A stretch of 64,000 nt of DNA. It comes from Squalus acanthias. Its lineage: Eukaryota. Position numbers and translations under genes: made by a program. Positions 1-12,993 of this stretch are shown in pieces; the first letter of the stretch is position 1, and each line of letters begins with the position of its first letter. A model generated the notes under the pieces. It worked only from the letters and a program-made list of their open reading frames with translations, was not told where the DNA came from and made no database searches. The stretch is taken from positions 4,712,001 through 4,776,000 of the forward strand of contig CM059433.1 of the NCBI GenBank assembly GCA_030390025.1, in the 5' to 3' direction.

Positions 1-203
1 TTTTACGTCCACCTGAGAGGGCAGACAGGGCCTCGGTTTAACGTCTCATCCGAAAGACAACACCTCCGACAGTGAAGCGCTCCCTCAGCACTGCATTGGA
101 GTGTCAGCCTAGCTTTATGTGCTCAAGTCTCTGGAGTGGGACTTGAACCCACAACCTTCTGACTCAAGAGACGAGTGGGCTACCCACTGAGCCACTGGCT
201 GAC
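1..203 (-). mobile_element. tRNA-derived DeuSINE (SacSINE1-like), 5' part
   Basis: Reverse complement has the A box (TGGCTCAGTGG), B box (GGTTCAAGTCC) and Deu core CTTTCGGATGAGACGTTAAACCGAGG. Confidence 0.85.
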
Positions 204-631
204 AATTAAGCAATATAAATAGCACAGCAAAGTTATCTTTTAAACCTAAACATAGTTTAATGCAGAGAGGAACAATCCTGCAATCTTTGCTACAGACAAT
301 ACAACTGAGTAAATTTAGAGGCTGTTTGCTAGACTATTTGAGAATCTACTGTCCAGAGGTAATTATCAATTGTGATGTTAGATAGTTACCAGTAACAACA
401 ACCAACTTAGTCAGAAAATTGAGTACTTTGTACAAAAACTGTACACTTAAAAATCTAACAATGTAGAGAGATGAAAAGTTACTAAGAGCCACCAGCATGT
501 GACTTTTCCCCCGAAAGGTGGAAACCTTTTATCTTTTGCTCATTTAAAATAGACTAAACACTAATTGTAAAGTTTTTTTTGACTTAAAAACTAATATAGA
601 GTCAAGTTTAAAAAAAAATCCATGTTCTTAC

Positions 632-791
632 CTTCTAAATTCGAGATCAATTGGTGCTCAGCCTCCAGATATAACTGGGAAAACACAGGCCTCGGGACCA
701 AGTTGTTTGAACGCAGGGAGGCTTCGATAGAATTGTGGAGAACTTCTTCAAAACGGGTCGTCTTCAGTTGTCCAGCATATGAGTTTCCCAT
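632..791 (-). CDS. GREB1: GREB1 first coding exon (53 codons + 1 nt, phase-1 donor); gene continues off the left edge of the window
   Basis: [45 protein letters not shown] matches the vertebrate GREB1 N-terminus ([14 protein letters not shown] favour GREB1 over GREB1L). Donor GAAG|GTAAGA at 632/631; the ORF tail KNMDFF... is intronic read-through. Confidence 0.93.
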
Positions 792-1804
792 CTTTACAAA
801 AACACAAACAACTCAAAACTAAGAAGCAGCTGACTGCAGAACCGAACAACACAAGAGCAAAAGTTTCTGAAACTAATCTGGGCTATTCGAAGAGGAATTA
901 TATTTTCCTTCTGAATTTTCTTAAAACATGCTCAGTAAAGTGAAGCAGGGCAGCAAAAGCTCCCTGCTGGTAAATGACAGGAAACCCTGTCCTCAACAGC
1001 CCAGGGCAGAGGCACTGCCGAGTATGACACCCTCCTGATGGAGGTTATTGACATCTAATGTTACAGGGTAATGAGGCGTGCAAAAGTAGAGTGCACGCAT
1101 CTAAAACAGCAATAAACCCTGTCTACAAGACGGTCTCATTCTCCAAGGTAAAAGGCAGCAACAACCATTGAAATATAAATATCTGTGAAGCCTACTGGTG
1201 CATGTTTGTTTTGTCACATGGATTAGTCTAGACTGGGGCTGCAAGCTTCGCATTGACTTATTCTAAGACTGGTCGTTTAGTTGCAGACAATTTATGTTGA
1301 ATATTGAAGGCGCCAATTGGTCTGAATTTGCAAACCTTGAAAAAAACAGTTGGAGCTTGACGGAACAAATTGGTTTGTAGCTGCAATCCTTTAACAAAGC
1401 CAAAGAATACAACAAAAAGTGGTGTGCGAGTCAAGATATCTAATAAGGACAAACTTCTTGAAGATCTGATTATATAACAAAACAGCTGCACAAAATAGTA
1501 GCTTTACTGAATGATGCAATTAGAGTGTTCTCAGATGACTGTCTGGCTTGCTATACGTTGATAGTTTTCCTTGGTGACTGTTCTGTCTATTGTCTTGTAA
1601 AGTCATAAGATTAAGAGCACATCACCCTTGGAAACAACCACAAACATTCTGACCCAGGGTTACAATGTCCTGCTCATGGGAGTGGATAATAACTGGTGGA
1701 TTATTGACAGCTTATACTGACAGTTAAATTTCATTAATGCAGCCAGAGATGTATGTACATAACAGGAAAAAAAATTGAATACTTTTCAGCATTTTAAAAT
1801 CTTG

Positions 1805-2637
1805 GGGGAGGAAAAATTCGGTTGGTTAGCGCCTCCCGTTAGCGTCTCCGGGGGGCACTAACAGGGCGTGAGCAACTTAGCGCCCGAGCGAGGCGATTTT
1901 AGCGCCGCTCGCAAAATTGACCTGTCGTTTTGTGCTGGTGCTAAACACTACCGCCACCATCTCCTGCGCCCGCAGATAGTGACATCATGCAAGCGTGCAA
2001 CGCCCCGGACTGGATATTGAGTCGCGCCCCCTGCCTTAGCGCCTGCCGCTAGGAATGACAGGTAGAGGGGAATGTTTTCAAGTCGGGAAGGGGCTGGGGG
2101 AGCGCTATTTAAAAGGCAGGCGCTTCCTGCCTTTTCTTGTCGGCAAAATTTTTGGTACACACAGGTTGAGAGGGAGAGAGACGTCTGGAGAGATTTAATG
2201 CTGTCCTAAGGAGTTTTGGTCCTCAGCACCACTTTTGAGGTTCCTAAGCGCCGAGCTCTTTCCCTGGGCCTATCCATTAGTGCTTCCGACACAATTGCTT
2301 TCGAGGTCTCTCCAGGCCGAGATTCCAGGCTGCAATGAGCAGGGTGTGGCTGGCCAGCAAGATGGCCCCTCCCCTTTAAGAACTGGACGGCGCCAGTCTG
2401 TCTGGCTTCCATGGCAACGGACATCGCCTGAGCTTCGGTAGCGTTCTGAGGTAGCGCCTCGCTCCCCGACGTTAGCACCTTAAGAGAGGTGTGTAGCGCC
2501 TGATTTAGCGCTCAAATCACCTCCAGTGGGCGATAGAGGCGAATTTTGCAGTCAGAGGTGATAATTAGCGTCGGGCGCTAAACTTTGCGCCCAGTCGATA
2601 TTAGCGCCCCAAAATGGGCGATACCCAATTTTTCCCC
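1805..2637. mobile_element. Non-autonomous Harbinger-type element (MITE)
   Basis: Termini GGAGGAAAAATTCG...CCAATTTTTCCCC, possible TTG TSD, GC-rich subterminal TAGCGCC repeats; colinear with 6168-7048. Confidence 0.75.
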
Positions 2638-3328
2638 TTGATGTCTTAACATAAATGTAATTGGTAGAAATATTCAAATGTCCTTGGAGGAGTGGAATCC
2701 AGTAAATAATTCAACTCATGACAGTGGTCAGAGATGTAAAAGGGATTCCTGTATTTCACAGAACTTCTTACTCATCAACTGATACAGATAAGAAATCTCA
2801 ATTTTAAATGAGTTTTTCCTCTTTTTCTAATAAAATGTCCATGATGTGAAATGTCAGCCATAAAAGGTAAATTTGTTTCAAACAAGAGTCATTTAAAGTT
2901 AAGTCTGGATCGAGATCACAGAGCACATTGGCAGCAGTGTGAGGCACCTGACCCAGAAACACGACAGCACAAGAACTAATCGAGAAGGTGGCAGCAATCG
3001 GACAGGCTATGGACATTCCCCGTCACGCCACAGACAAGACGTGGGGAGGACAGAAATAAAACTGAGAAGCAGAACGAGATATAGCAGAGGAAAATAGAAA
3101 GATAAACAGAAACAGATTGAAAAACAGCATAGACAGAAGGCATGTATATTTTTTTTTAAAAAGTAGAAAGAGCAGAGAGAAAGAGAGCGTAGGCAATGAG
3201 AAAGAAAATAAACCTCAAACAGCAGGGACAGAAGGAGAAAAGAGCACCGGCAAAAAAAACAGCAGGGAGACAAGCAAAAGAGACAGAAATAAGTACATAT
3301 GGAACAGAGTGGGGGGAAAAGGAACGAT

Positions 3329-4165
3329 GGTCCGCATTTTGTGGTGTCGATGATGGCGTACTCACAGCGCATGCCTTCACAGCGTACGTCGTCGTAAGCC
3401 GTCTGCAAGGCCCCACAAGTTCCAGGTTTACACACATGCCATTCGCCCAACTACTGCCCACGAAACCCTTATGCCTGGTAACAGCGGGCATAGGGCCTGC
3501 TTTCACCAGCATAAGGCTTAATATAAAGCTTAAATTAAAAATTTTAAAGTAAAAAAAATCAAGCACAAATACTTAAAATTAGTTCATGCAAATTTTGGTC
3601 CGGATTAAAATGCCTTAAATTATTTTTCAAAAAATAACATTTTTTTTATTGTATACGCTTCATTGAAGGGACTTTTAATTAAATTTGAAAATGGGAACAT
3701 TTATTTTGATTCCAGTTGTATAAATTATTTAACTATCTGGGGATTCCTCGTAAGCTTATGGGGATTCCGTTCGTCAATGGAATCCCCAAAAGCAGATTAG
3801 GAATCCTCCTTTCTGATTGGAGGCTCTGGCCCTTGTGATCCCGAGGACGCTGCTGAACCGCCCGCATCCCCGGGATCCGTGGGCCTTTACGCAGGCGCAC
3901 GCCCACTGGCCCAGGACCCGAAACCCGGATATATTTAGCGGGTTAGAAACAGAGAAAAATAGGAGCAGGAGTCGGCCATTCGGCCCTTCGAGCCTGCTCC
4001 GCCATTCAATATGATCATGGCTGATCCTCTATCTCAATACCATATTCCCGCTCTCTCCCCATACCCCTTGATGCCTTTTGAGTCTAGGATTCTATCGATC
4101 TCCTTCTTAAATATATTCAGTGACTGGGCCTGGATTGGCGGCATACCGAGTGCAAATTCCGGGCC
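3329..4165. mobile_element. Degenerate Harbinger-type MITE interrupted by a minus-strand CR1 3' tail (~3940-4128)
   Basis: Imperfect TIR GGTCCGCATTTTG / GCAAATTCCGGGCC; AT-rich core resembles 41352-42114; CR1 tail motif ggagcaggagtcggccattcggccc inside. Confidence 0.45.
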
Positions 4166-4174
4166 ATTCACTCC

Positions 4175-5790
4175 CCTGATGGTTCAGTTGGTTCAGTAGG
4201 GAGCTGAATTGCACCGAGCAGGAAAGCCCCAGGTTTAAATCCAGTGTTGATTTAGCCGATTTCAGTCGGGGTGGCAGCAGGGGCAGAATAATGGGCCTCA
4301 GCATCACTGGGCTGGGGAAAGGTGGGGGGTAAAAAAAAAATCACCCAGTGTTCCTGATCCTCATCACTATACCGAGGGCCTGATCCTCATCACTATACCG
4401 AGGGCCTGATCCTCATCACTATACCGAGGGCCTGATCCTCATCACTATACCGAGGACCTGATCCTCATCACTATACCGAGGGCCTGATCCTCATCACTAT
4501 ACCGAGGACCTGATCCTCATCACTATACCGAGGACCTGATCCTCATCACTATACCGAGGGCCTGATCCTCATCACTATACCGAGGACCTGATCCTCATCA
4601 CTATACCGAGGGCCTGATCCTCATCACTATACCGAGGACCTGATCCTCATCACTATACCGAGGGCCTGATCCTCATCACTATACCGAGGACCTGATCCTC
4701 ATCACTATACCGAGGGCCTGATCCTCATCACTATACCGAGGGCCTGATCCTCATCACTATAGAGGGCCTGATCCTCATCACTATACCGAGGGCCTGATCC
4801 TCATCACTATAGAGGGCCTGATCCTCATCACTATACCGAGGGCCTGATCCTCATCACTATAGAGGGCCTGATCCTCATCACTATACCGAGGACCTGATCC
4901 TCATCACTATACCGAGGACCTGATCCTCATCACTATACCGAGGACCTGATCCTCATCACTATACCGAGGACCTGATCCTCATCACTATACCGAGGGCCTG
5001 ATCCTCATCACTATACCGAGGGCCTGATCCTCATCACTATACCGAGGACCTGATCCTCATCACTATACCGAGGACCTGATCCTCATCACTATACCGAGGG
5101 CCTGATCCTCATCACGATACCGAGGGCCTGATCCTCATCACTATACCGAGGGCCTGATCCTCATCACTATACCGAGGGCCTGATCCTCATCACTATACCG
5201 AGGGCCTGATCCTCATCACTATACCGAGGACCTGATCCTCATCACTATAGAGGGCCTGATCCTCATCACTATAGAGGGTCTGATCCTCATCACTATACCG
5301 AGGGCCTGATCCTCATCACTATAGAGGGTCTGATCCTCATCACTATACCGAGGGTCTGATCCTCATCACTATAGAGGGTCTGATCCTCATCACGAAACCG
5401 AGGGTCTGATCCTCATCACTATAGAGGGCCTGATCCTCATCACTATACCGAGGGTCTGATCCTCATCACTATACCGAGGACCTGATCCTCATCACTATAC
5501 CGAGGGCCTGATCCTCATCACTATACCGAGGGCCTGATCCTCATCACTATACCGAGGACCTGATCCTCATCACTATACCGAGGACCAGATCCTCATCACT
5601 ATACCGAGGACCCTGCTTGAAGTGCACATGTGGATGTTGGATAAGATGACACGATCAGGCCTAGCTGTGATTCGTTCTTCCCGTCTCCCTGTGGTCAAGC
5701 GGCCTGGCACTCACGTGGCAGGGCTTACACAGAGTCTGCCGCTTTGCCAAGATACCAGAATGTGAGCAGTTGCCTGTGTACACTGGCAAA
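4175..5790 (+). mobile_element. Second SINE-like family, hosting the 26-bp minisatellite
   Basis: tRNA-like head (GGTTCAGTTGG...GGTTTAAATCC); body resumes after the array (gaccctgcttgaagtg...). Related fragments at ~12190-12390 (-), ~39280-39480 and ~49540-49624/51792-51890. Confidence 0.55.
4353..5610. repeat. Minisatellite, ~49 copies of 26-bp CCTGATCCTCATCACTATACCGAGG(G/A), with 24-bp variants
   Basis: Directly visible head-to-tail repeat with no spacers. Confidence 0.98.
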
Positions 5791-6167
5791 GAAAAAATAG
5801 TCAACACAAATCTGGCACCACAGGTGAGGAGTTGGCAAAAATCTGCCCAGAATTAGACTGAAGGGAAAGGGACAAATCTAACAAATAAAACTGACCGTGA
5901 ACAATTACAGCAATGCTAACAGATCAATAAATGTGCAGCACACATTTTACCCAAATTATTGGGTTCTCTAAATATACATAGCCTATAGTCTGGAAATTAA
6001 ACTGTGCAATATTAATGAACAAATACTTACGGTGTTATATATCAAAATCCTTTGTTCTGTTATTTTAACAAAGATCTGTGTTAAACAGCAGCCAGAAAAA
6101 TTTGACAGGAATGTGCTGTGCTCGTAAAATACCACAAATTGGAATTTCCAAGCTTATTAAACATAAA

Positions 6168-7048
6168 GGGGGAAAAATTCAGTTGGTTGTGCCTCCCGTT
6201 AGCGCCTTAAGAGGGCGCTAATCGGGCGCAAAGCATCTAGCGCCCAGGCGCGGCGAAGTTTGCACCGCTCGCGAAATTAACTAGACATTTTGCGGCGGCG
6301 CTAAACACTACCGCCACGATCTCCTGCGCCGGCAGATCGTGACGTCAGTCGAGTGCGCAACGCCCCGGTATCGCCCCGGAGCGGATATTGAGTGGCGCCC
6401 CCTGCCTTACTGCCTGACGCTAGCAACGACAGGTTGAGGGGAGCGTTCTGCAGTCATGAAGGGAAAGGGGGAGCGCTATTTAAAGGTGACCGCTTCCTGC
6501 CTTTTATTGTTGGTGCCATTTTTGAACTACGCATTCTGAGAGAGAGAAAGAGAGATTCAACGTTGTGTGAAGGAGTTTTGGGTACTGAGCAGCACTTTGC
6601 AGGTTCATTTTGATTTGCCATTCCTTGTATCGATTTAGAAGAGACTGTGGGGGCTGCACTCTGAGCTCTTTGCCTGGTACTCTCCATTGTTCGTTCTAGC
6701 AGATTTGATGTGCAGGTCTCTCCAGGCCGAGATTCAAGGCTGCAATGAACAGGATGTGGATGGAAAGCAAGATTAACCATCCCCTTTAAGAACTGACCCG
6801 TGTCATTGTGTGTGTGTTCCATTGCTGACTGACATTATATGAGCTTCGCCAGCGCTCTGAGGTAACGCCTCGCTCCTCGGCCTTTGCGCCTTAAGACAGG
6901 TGTGAAGCGCCTGATTTAGCGCTCCAATCACCTCCAGGGGCGATAAAAGTCAAGTTTGCAGTCGGTGGCGATAATTAGTGCCAGGCGCTAATCTTTGCGC
7001 CCGGCCGATAATTGCGCCCCAAATGGGGTGATACTGAATTTCTCCCCC
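6168..7048. mobile_element. Non-autonomous Harbinger-type element (MITE)
   Basis: TIR GGGGGAAAAATTCAG / CTGAATTTCTCCCCC with 3-bp AAA flanks; same family as 1805-2637. Confidence 0.85.
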
Positions 7049-7604
7049 AAAATATTTTTCGCTGCAGAACGTACCAATTTAGCAGTGCGATGGCCTACGC
7101 CCAATCTGCGCAGGCGTGGGTCCCACTGCTAAATTCATGGGGCCCATTTTTTTAGGCATCCCAAGCAGCCGCCTAAAACAGTCATCGGGGCTTTTGCGAT
7201 GTTAACGGCCGCTGAAGAACCTCTCGCTACAGAACTGGTTACAGACGATCGCGGCAGGTTTCGGGCCCACCTTGTTCAGAATACTTCCCTGCGGCCGCCA
7301 ATTACAGGTAAATGTTAGTCATTTTCTTTTTTTTTTAAAAATGCTTTGTGATATCAGGAGAAACCGAAGTGCTCCCTCCGTCGCCCTGAATATGTAGATG
7401 AGGGCTCGGGAACCAATCCCTGGCCATCCTTGGGCCTCTTGCTTTGAATGCCAGGCTAATTTTGATCCCTTCAAATTATACTAATACAATCTTAAAGTCT
7501 CACCCACTACATTCCTAGATAATATTTTTAACATAACTGTATGAGTTGCAAATGCTCTATATCTGAGATAACAAGCTAGTTATCACTAAAGTTACTCTAT
7601 TCTG

Positions 7605-8375
7605 CAAAGTGTGCAGCCAATGACTATCTCCAACAAGGGAGAGTCTAACCACCGCCCCATGACATTCAACGGCATTACCATCGCCGAATCCCCCGCCATC
7701 AACATCCTGGGGGTCACCATTGACCAGAAACTTAACTGGACCAGCCACATAAATACTGTGGCAACAAGAGCAGGTCAGAGACTGGGTATTCTGCAGCGAG
7801 TGTCTCACCTCCTGATTCCCCAAAGCCTTTCCACCATCTACAAGGCACAAGTCAGGAGTGTGATGGAATACTCTCCACTTGCCTGGATGAGTGCAGCTCC
7901 AACAACACGCAAGAAGCTTGACACCATCTAGGACAAAGCAGCCCACTTGATTGGCACCCCATCCACCACCTTAAACATTCACTCCCTCCACCACCGGCGT
8001 ACCGTGGCTGCAGTGTGTACCATCTACAAGATGCACTGCAGCAACTCGCCAAGGCTTCTTCGGCAGCACCTCCCAAACCCGCAACCTCTTCCACCTAGAA
8101 GGACAAGGGCAGCAGGCGCATGGGAACACCACCACCTCCAAGTTCCCCTCCAAGTCACACACCCTCCTGACTTAGAAGTATATCGCCGATCCTTCATCGT
8201 CGCTGGGTCAAAATCCTGGAGCTCCCTCCCTAACAGCACTGTGGGAGCACCTTCACCACACGGACTGCAGCGGTTCAAGAAGGCGGCTTACCACCACCTT
8301 CTCAAGGGCAATTAGGGATGGGCAATAAATGCTGGCCTTGCCAGTGACACCCACATTCCATAAAACAAATTTAAA
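7605..8375 (+). mobile_element. 5'-truncated CR1-group (L2/Crack-like) LINE, ORF2 C-terminus and 3' UTR
   Basis: ILGVTIDQKLNWTSHI...YKAQVRSVMEYSPLAW...WSSLP are post-RT LINE motifs; in-frame stop at ~7929; 3' end gggcaataaatgctggcc repeated at 19832-19935. Confidence 0.85.
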
Positions 8376-8633
8376 AAAAATTTAACACATCTAAACAAAA
8401 TATGTCAAGGTCCTAATTGGTTATAGACCTCAACTTCCAGCAGATCATAACAATTAAAGTAAATGCCCTTAAGCTCATTCGCTTTCCTGACCTGTCCCTT
8501 CCATAATGTATACTTCAAAATCACACTTTAATACTGTACATAATTACTTCTCACAATCATTTCTACTCAACAAATCCCCTGGAAATAAAGCTTCCAATCA
8601 AAAGCTCTGTTTTATACTTAGTTCAAAAAGCAC

Positions 8634-9383
8634 GGCCTGTAATTTGCGATCTGCAGCAAAGCAAAGGTACTCGCCACTGGTCCCAAAGAAAGCTGCCCAC
8701 ACAGATCTTGTGATCTCTGTGGCGAGAAGTTTGGCTTTTTCAACATTCAATTGATTGCAGCGCTGTGAATAAGGGATTCCTAGGGCGATGCTGCAGTGAC
8801 GTCATCAAGCTGTCTAAGCAGCCAATCACGTCGAAGAATTCTCACAGACAGCACCACCAGGAAATGAGAAGCTGCTTTTATCCTCACTTTTTTTTTAAAA
8901 TGTTACAGGAGAGTGAAATTAAGATTGGGGCTTTCACATAAGGTTGAAGCTGAAATATCATGAACAAACTTAAAACATTTTTTTTTTAAAAACGTTTTTT
9001 TAAAAATTGTAATTTATCATAATTTGATACTCCACAAATATAAAAATTAGTTTTTCAGGGCCAGAACGTTTGTTCACCAGTCAATACGCTGTTAAAACCC
9101 CAGTTACACCTATTCCAACAAGGCTTAACATTTAATGGGGTGTTTAACCGTGATATTACCGCGGAAAAGTTTTCATCAGTTTCCTGGATTGCTGGCTGTA
9201 AGGTGGGGGTGGGGGGGGTCTACAGCTCAGCCAGTGTCGGAGCAATGAATGACTGATCACAACTTCAGGATTTTCGTGTTTAGATGCGCATGCGCTACAT
9301 CCTGAAGTTGCGGTCAGTTTCAGAGGGGTAATAACGGCGAACGCTGACAGTTTGCACCCATTACCCACCGCAAATTCCAGGCC
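8634..9383. mobile_element. Harbinger-type MITE
   Basis: TIR GGCCTGTAATTTGCG / CGCAAATTCCAGGCC (14/15 match). Confidence 0.75.
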
Positions 9384-9469
9384 AATATGTTTTGCATCAA
9401 TACCTCAGTATACAAGTTAGCTTAACCTAATTCATAACGCACTCATAGAATGACAAGCACCATAAAAGA

Positions 9470-9830
9470 ACATGGAAATTAAACCAGTCCGTGTTGCTGC
9501 TTATCCTCCACACAACTGTAGTTTTAATTCCATACGCCCACCCAGTTCCCATATCTCTTTAGCTCTCGTTCCCTCAACCACCTGTCTAATCTATTCTTGA
9601 ATGTTGACATGGTCTCTGCTTTCATCACCAACTCTGGTAGTATATTCCTCAGCCTCACAACCCTCTGTATAAAAAAAATCCCTGCTCTCAGACCTAAATC
9701 TCTCACATTTAATCTTGTATCTATGTCCCACAATCACTGGAAACCATGTGTTTCTATCTACTCTGGCCCAGTCCTTCATAATTTCAAACACCTCTATCGA
9801 GCCACCCCATAATCCCCTCTGTTCAAGCGG
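9470..9830 (-). mobile_element. Old CR1 LINE 3' fragment
   Basis: FFIQRVVRL.NILPE...FKNRLDRWL resembles the CR1 ORF2 C-terminus. Confidence 0.7.
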
Positions 9831-11357
9831 ACAATGATGACTCCACTACTAGACTTGAAATCCGATGGAGAGACTCAGAATTCAACTGATTTTTATTGGA
9901 AAAAAAGAGACAGAAAACAGCATTTAAAATACAGAGGTATACGTGGTTTATCTAACTTAAGACGTGATGGTGGGACAACGGGACACAGGTACAAATTGAC
10001 AGGCCTTCAGGAAGTCTTAATATAAGTTTTTTTTGCCCCTACAGAGTTTGTGAAATAGACTTCCACCAAACCCAGCCGATATGATGTCCGAGAAAACTCA
10101 TTTTACAAAAAAATGCTGGACAAATATTTTGCTAAGTTGGAATCACTAAAGAAAAGTGTAGTCCGAGATGATCAAATATTCAGTGGAATACTATGGTCGC
10201 AATCTTTTTAAGGCTATGTGAGGGTTATCTCTGGAATGCAACTGGTGAGAGATGAATAATGTGGATTGTAAAGTTAGATTAATATCATGGCGTTTCCTCT
10301 CAAATACTCCTGGGAGTTGGGAATAAATTTCACCATTCTAACTTCTTGGAATTTTTGGCTCCCCCAGGAGATGAAGTATATTGGGGAGAATCCAGGATAG
10401 TAGAAGTTGTACATGGTCTATCAGAAGAAGCAGGTCTAATGAGTCAACCGGCAAATAGCTAAGACAGTGAAAACTAGTAAAGAGATCATTCATATTCCAC
10501 TCACAAGTTTCTACCGTCTTCGCTTTCTGCCTGTCCTACTGATGTCTTCCCATTGCCTTACTGAGATTATTTTTTTTTATATCCATGTGTAAACCTTTTT
10601 GGAGTGCGAGGCTGTGCAACAAGTAGCACACTACCACAATCCGAGAGACTCTCTAACAGGAGGCGCAAAGCAACCGAATATTTCCCCCCAAATAACTTCA
10701 CTGTAACTATTACTAATTAATAATTGGAAACTGATTTTAAAGTATAAAATATAAGGTAAGCTAAGGTAGGGTAGCTATTAACCTGGGTGCTGCTTGCAAT
10801 GTTTTAAAGTGTGTACCTTCATTACCTATTTAAATTACTTTCATTAAAACATTAGTTTTAAAATGGCACTCCCAAAGTCAACCTGTCCCACAGTATATTC
10901 CAAGAACAATCTACTATGGTTAGCCTTCAAAGGTTGAACCAGTCCTAAATTAAACTCAATACTAATTCAAATCAAGGGGAGATGAAAGGCTACTAATCAT
11001 TGTGGTCAAATTCTGCTTGTTCAACTGTGCAGTGCTGCTGGCATCAATAAATGTATTTAGCCTAGTTTTCTTCAGAAGTAGCCTGTATTATGTTCTATGA
11101 TCACTTGTTTAATTAAGTCATTCAGTTGCCAACAGTTTATATATATCTATACTCCTGCACTATTGGATAAATACCTCACATTGAGTGTTAAAATCAATTA
11201 TTTTATTGTACATTGTTTAGAACTTGTTTTAGTAGGTTACGACAACACAACACTCTTGGGAGCATTGTTGGTTCGGTCAATGACTGGCTTACTTTGAAGC
11301 AAGACCTGGAACTAATTTAGGAGCAGCTATATCATTACATAAATTTAAAACAGAAAT

Positions 11358-11658
11358 AGACAGTTTCCTAGAAGTAAAGGGAATTAAGGGTTACGGGGAG
11401 CGGGCAGGAATTTGGACATGAGTCTAGGTTCGGATCGGTCATGGCCCTGTGGGTAGCGTAGCGGGCCCAGGGACCGTGTAGCCTGATCCTGCTCCTATTT
11501 CGTGTGTCCAATTCTGTTAGGTTCAGGAGATGGTTCTGTGATAGTAGATTGGCGGTTAGGATCAGATCAGCCATGATCTTATTGAATGGCGGAGCAGGCT
11601 CGAGGGGCCAATTGGCCTACTCCTGCTCCTATTTCTTATGTTCTTATGTTATGTTCTT
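11358..11658 (+). mobile_element. CR1 3' end with two successive tail modules
   Basis: aagggttacggggagcgggcagg...cctgctcctatttc followed by gatcagccatgatc...cctgctcctatttcttatgttcttatg. Confidence 0.7.
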
Positions 11659-12993
11659 ATATCTCTTGTACCTCTTGCAATTCTGGTCTGTAAATGTGCC
11701 AGTTTGCCTAGCAATGTTGCCAAGGGCCTTGGCTATGTCACCCAAGTGTGCAAACCAACCTAAAAGGTATTCTTCAGTCATGAGGTCCCTGAAGATACCG
11801 GGAGTTCTGACTGTCAAAGGTTTCGCTGCTTCCCAATCTTTGGGCAGATTTTGCTCCAGCTCGTTCCATTTGTGTTTTCTGGTAGCGGGGTGAATGTTTC
11901 TCACTCCCAAACTTTTCCCCTTCGAGCCTAAATGTGCTGACACATTCTTGAGGTGTCAGCAAATCACTGGTACTTCACCTAAATGCCCATTCTTAATGTG
12001 AGAACATAAGAATTAGGAGCAGGAGTCGGCCATACGGCCCCTCGAGCCTGCTCCTCTGTTCAATAAGATCGTGGCTGATCTTCTACTTCATCTCCACTTT
12101 CCTGCCCTAGCTCCATATCCCTTGATTAAACACAAGTGTCAGCGGCTTATTTGGCTCTATAAATGCAAGTTCTTTTTCCACACACATTCCAGTTGGAATT
12201 ACTGTACAGCAACCTAAAACGGGAATCTTGCCCGATTTTTCCCCTCCCTAGGCAAGCACTTTGGAGCTAGATGCATCATGCCGACTCCTACCCTGACTGA
12301 GATCACTTAGCATGAATCAGAGATCAAACCTGTGACCTTCTGGTCTGTATAGTTTATTACCACCATGGGTGCATTTATCCACTAAGACATTGGAGAGGCA
12401 AAGACAAAATGCTTTAGGAATTAAATCATTTTACAAGTTATGTGGTTGAAAGGGTTGCAAAACTATTCTATTGTCAGGCAATAAAGATGACTGCTGACAT
12501 TATCCCCAAACTTGACTTAATTAATTCTGTTGCCGAGTGCAAGGGCGTGCAACTGATCTCCGAGGTCTTATTCATCCTTTGGGATCAGAGCTCTTCCTTA
12601 GTCTGTCTGAAATCTGTTTCTAATGGCTAATGTGTGTCAAGAAGGTTGCAATGTGATTTTTTCTTGCTCATGAGGGACTCGGGTAAATGATGATTTGTGC
12701 CAGTTCAGGCAGACAATGCAGACCCACTACACTTGACCTCAAGGGACATGTAGCCCCGAACTTTTTAAAAGCTCCAACTGGCATGGTCAATAACATTTTA
12801 ATGCCACATCAAGGTAAATGAACTTCACTGTACGTGATCTTGTATTGTTAAACATAAGTATCTGAGGCTGACATCTGATAATTAGTTTAAGGGAGTTTTC
12901 AGATGAAAGGAGAATAAATTGCTCAGTTGTCTTGAATCCAGTTATGTTTTTGTCAGCCTAGTTTCCAAGAAAAATGGACTTGCCTTTGTATAG

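Noticed and set aside
1650..1670. ERE-like GGTTAcaaTGTCC near the GREB1 ATG
   Set aside because: Two mismatches; expected often by chance.
3007..3566. Lys-rich and hydrophobic ORFs
   Set aside because: Low-complexity A/G-rich DNA plus MITE sequence.
4353..5610. CRISPR-like array, or T7-promoter-like CACTATAG motif
   Set aside because: Units are contiguous with no unique spacers, there are no cas genes and the context is eukaryotic; the T7 resemblance is short and arises from a 2-bp deletion variant.
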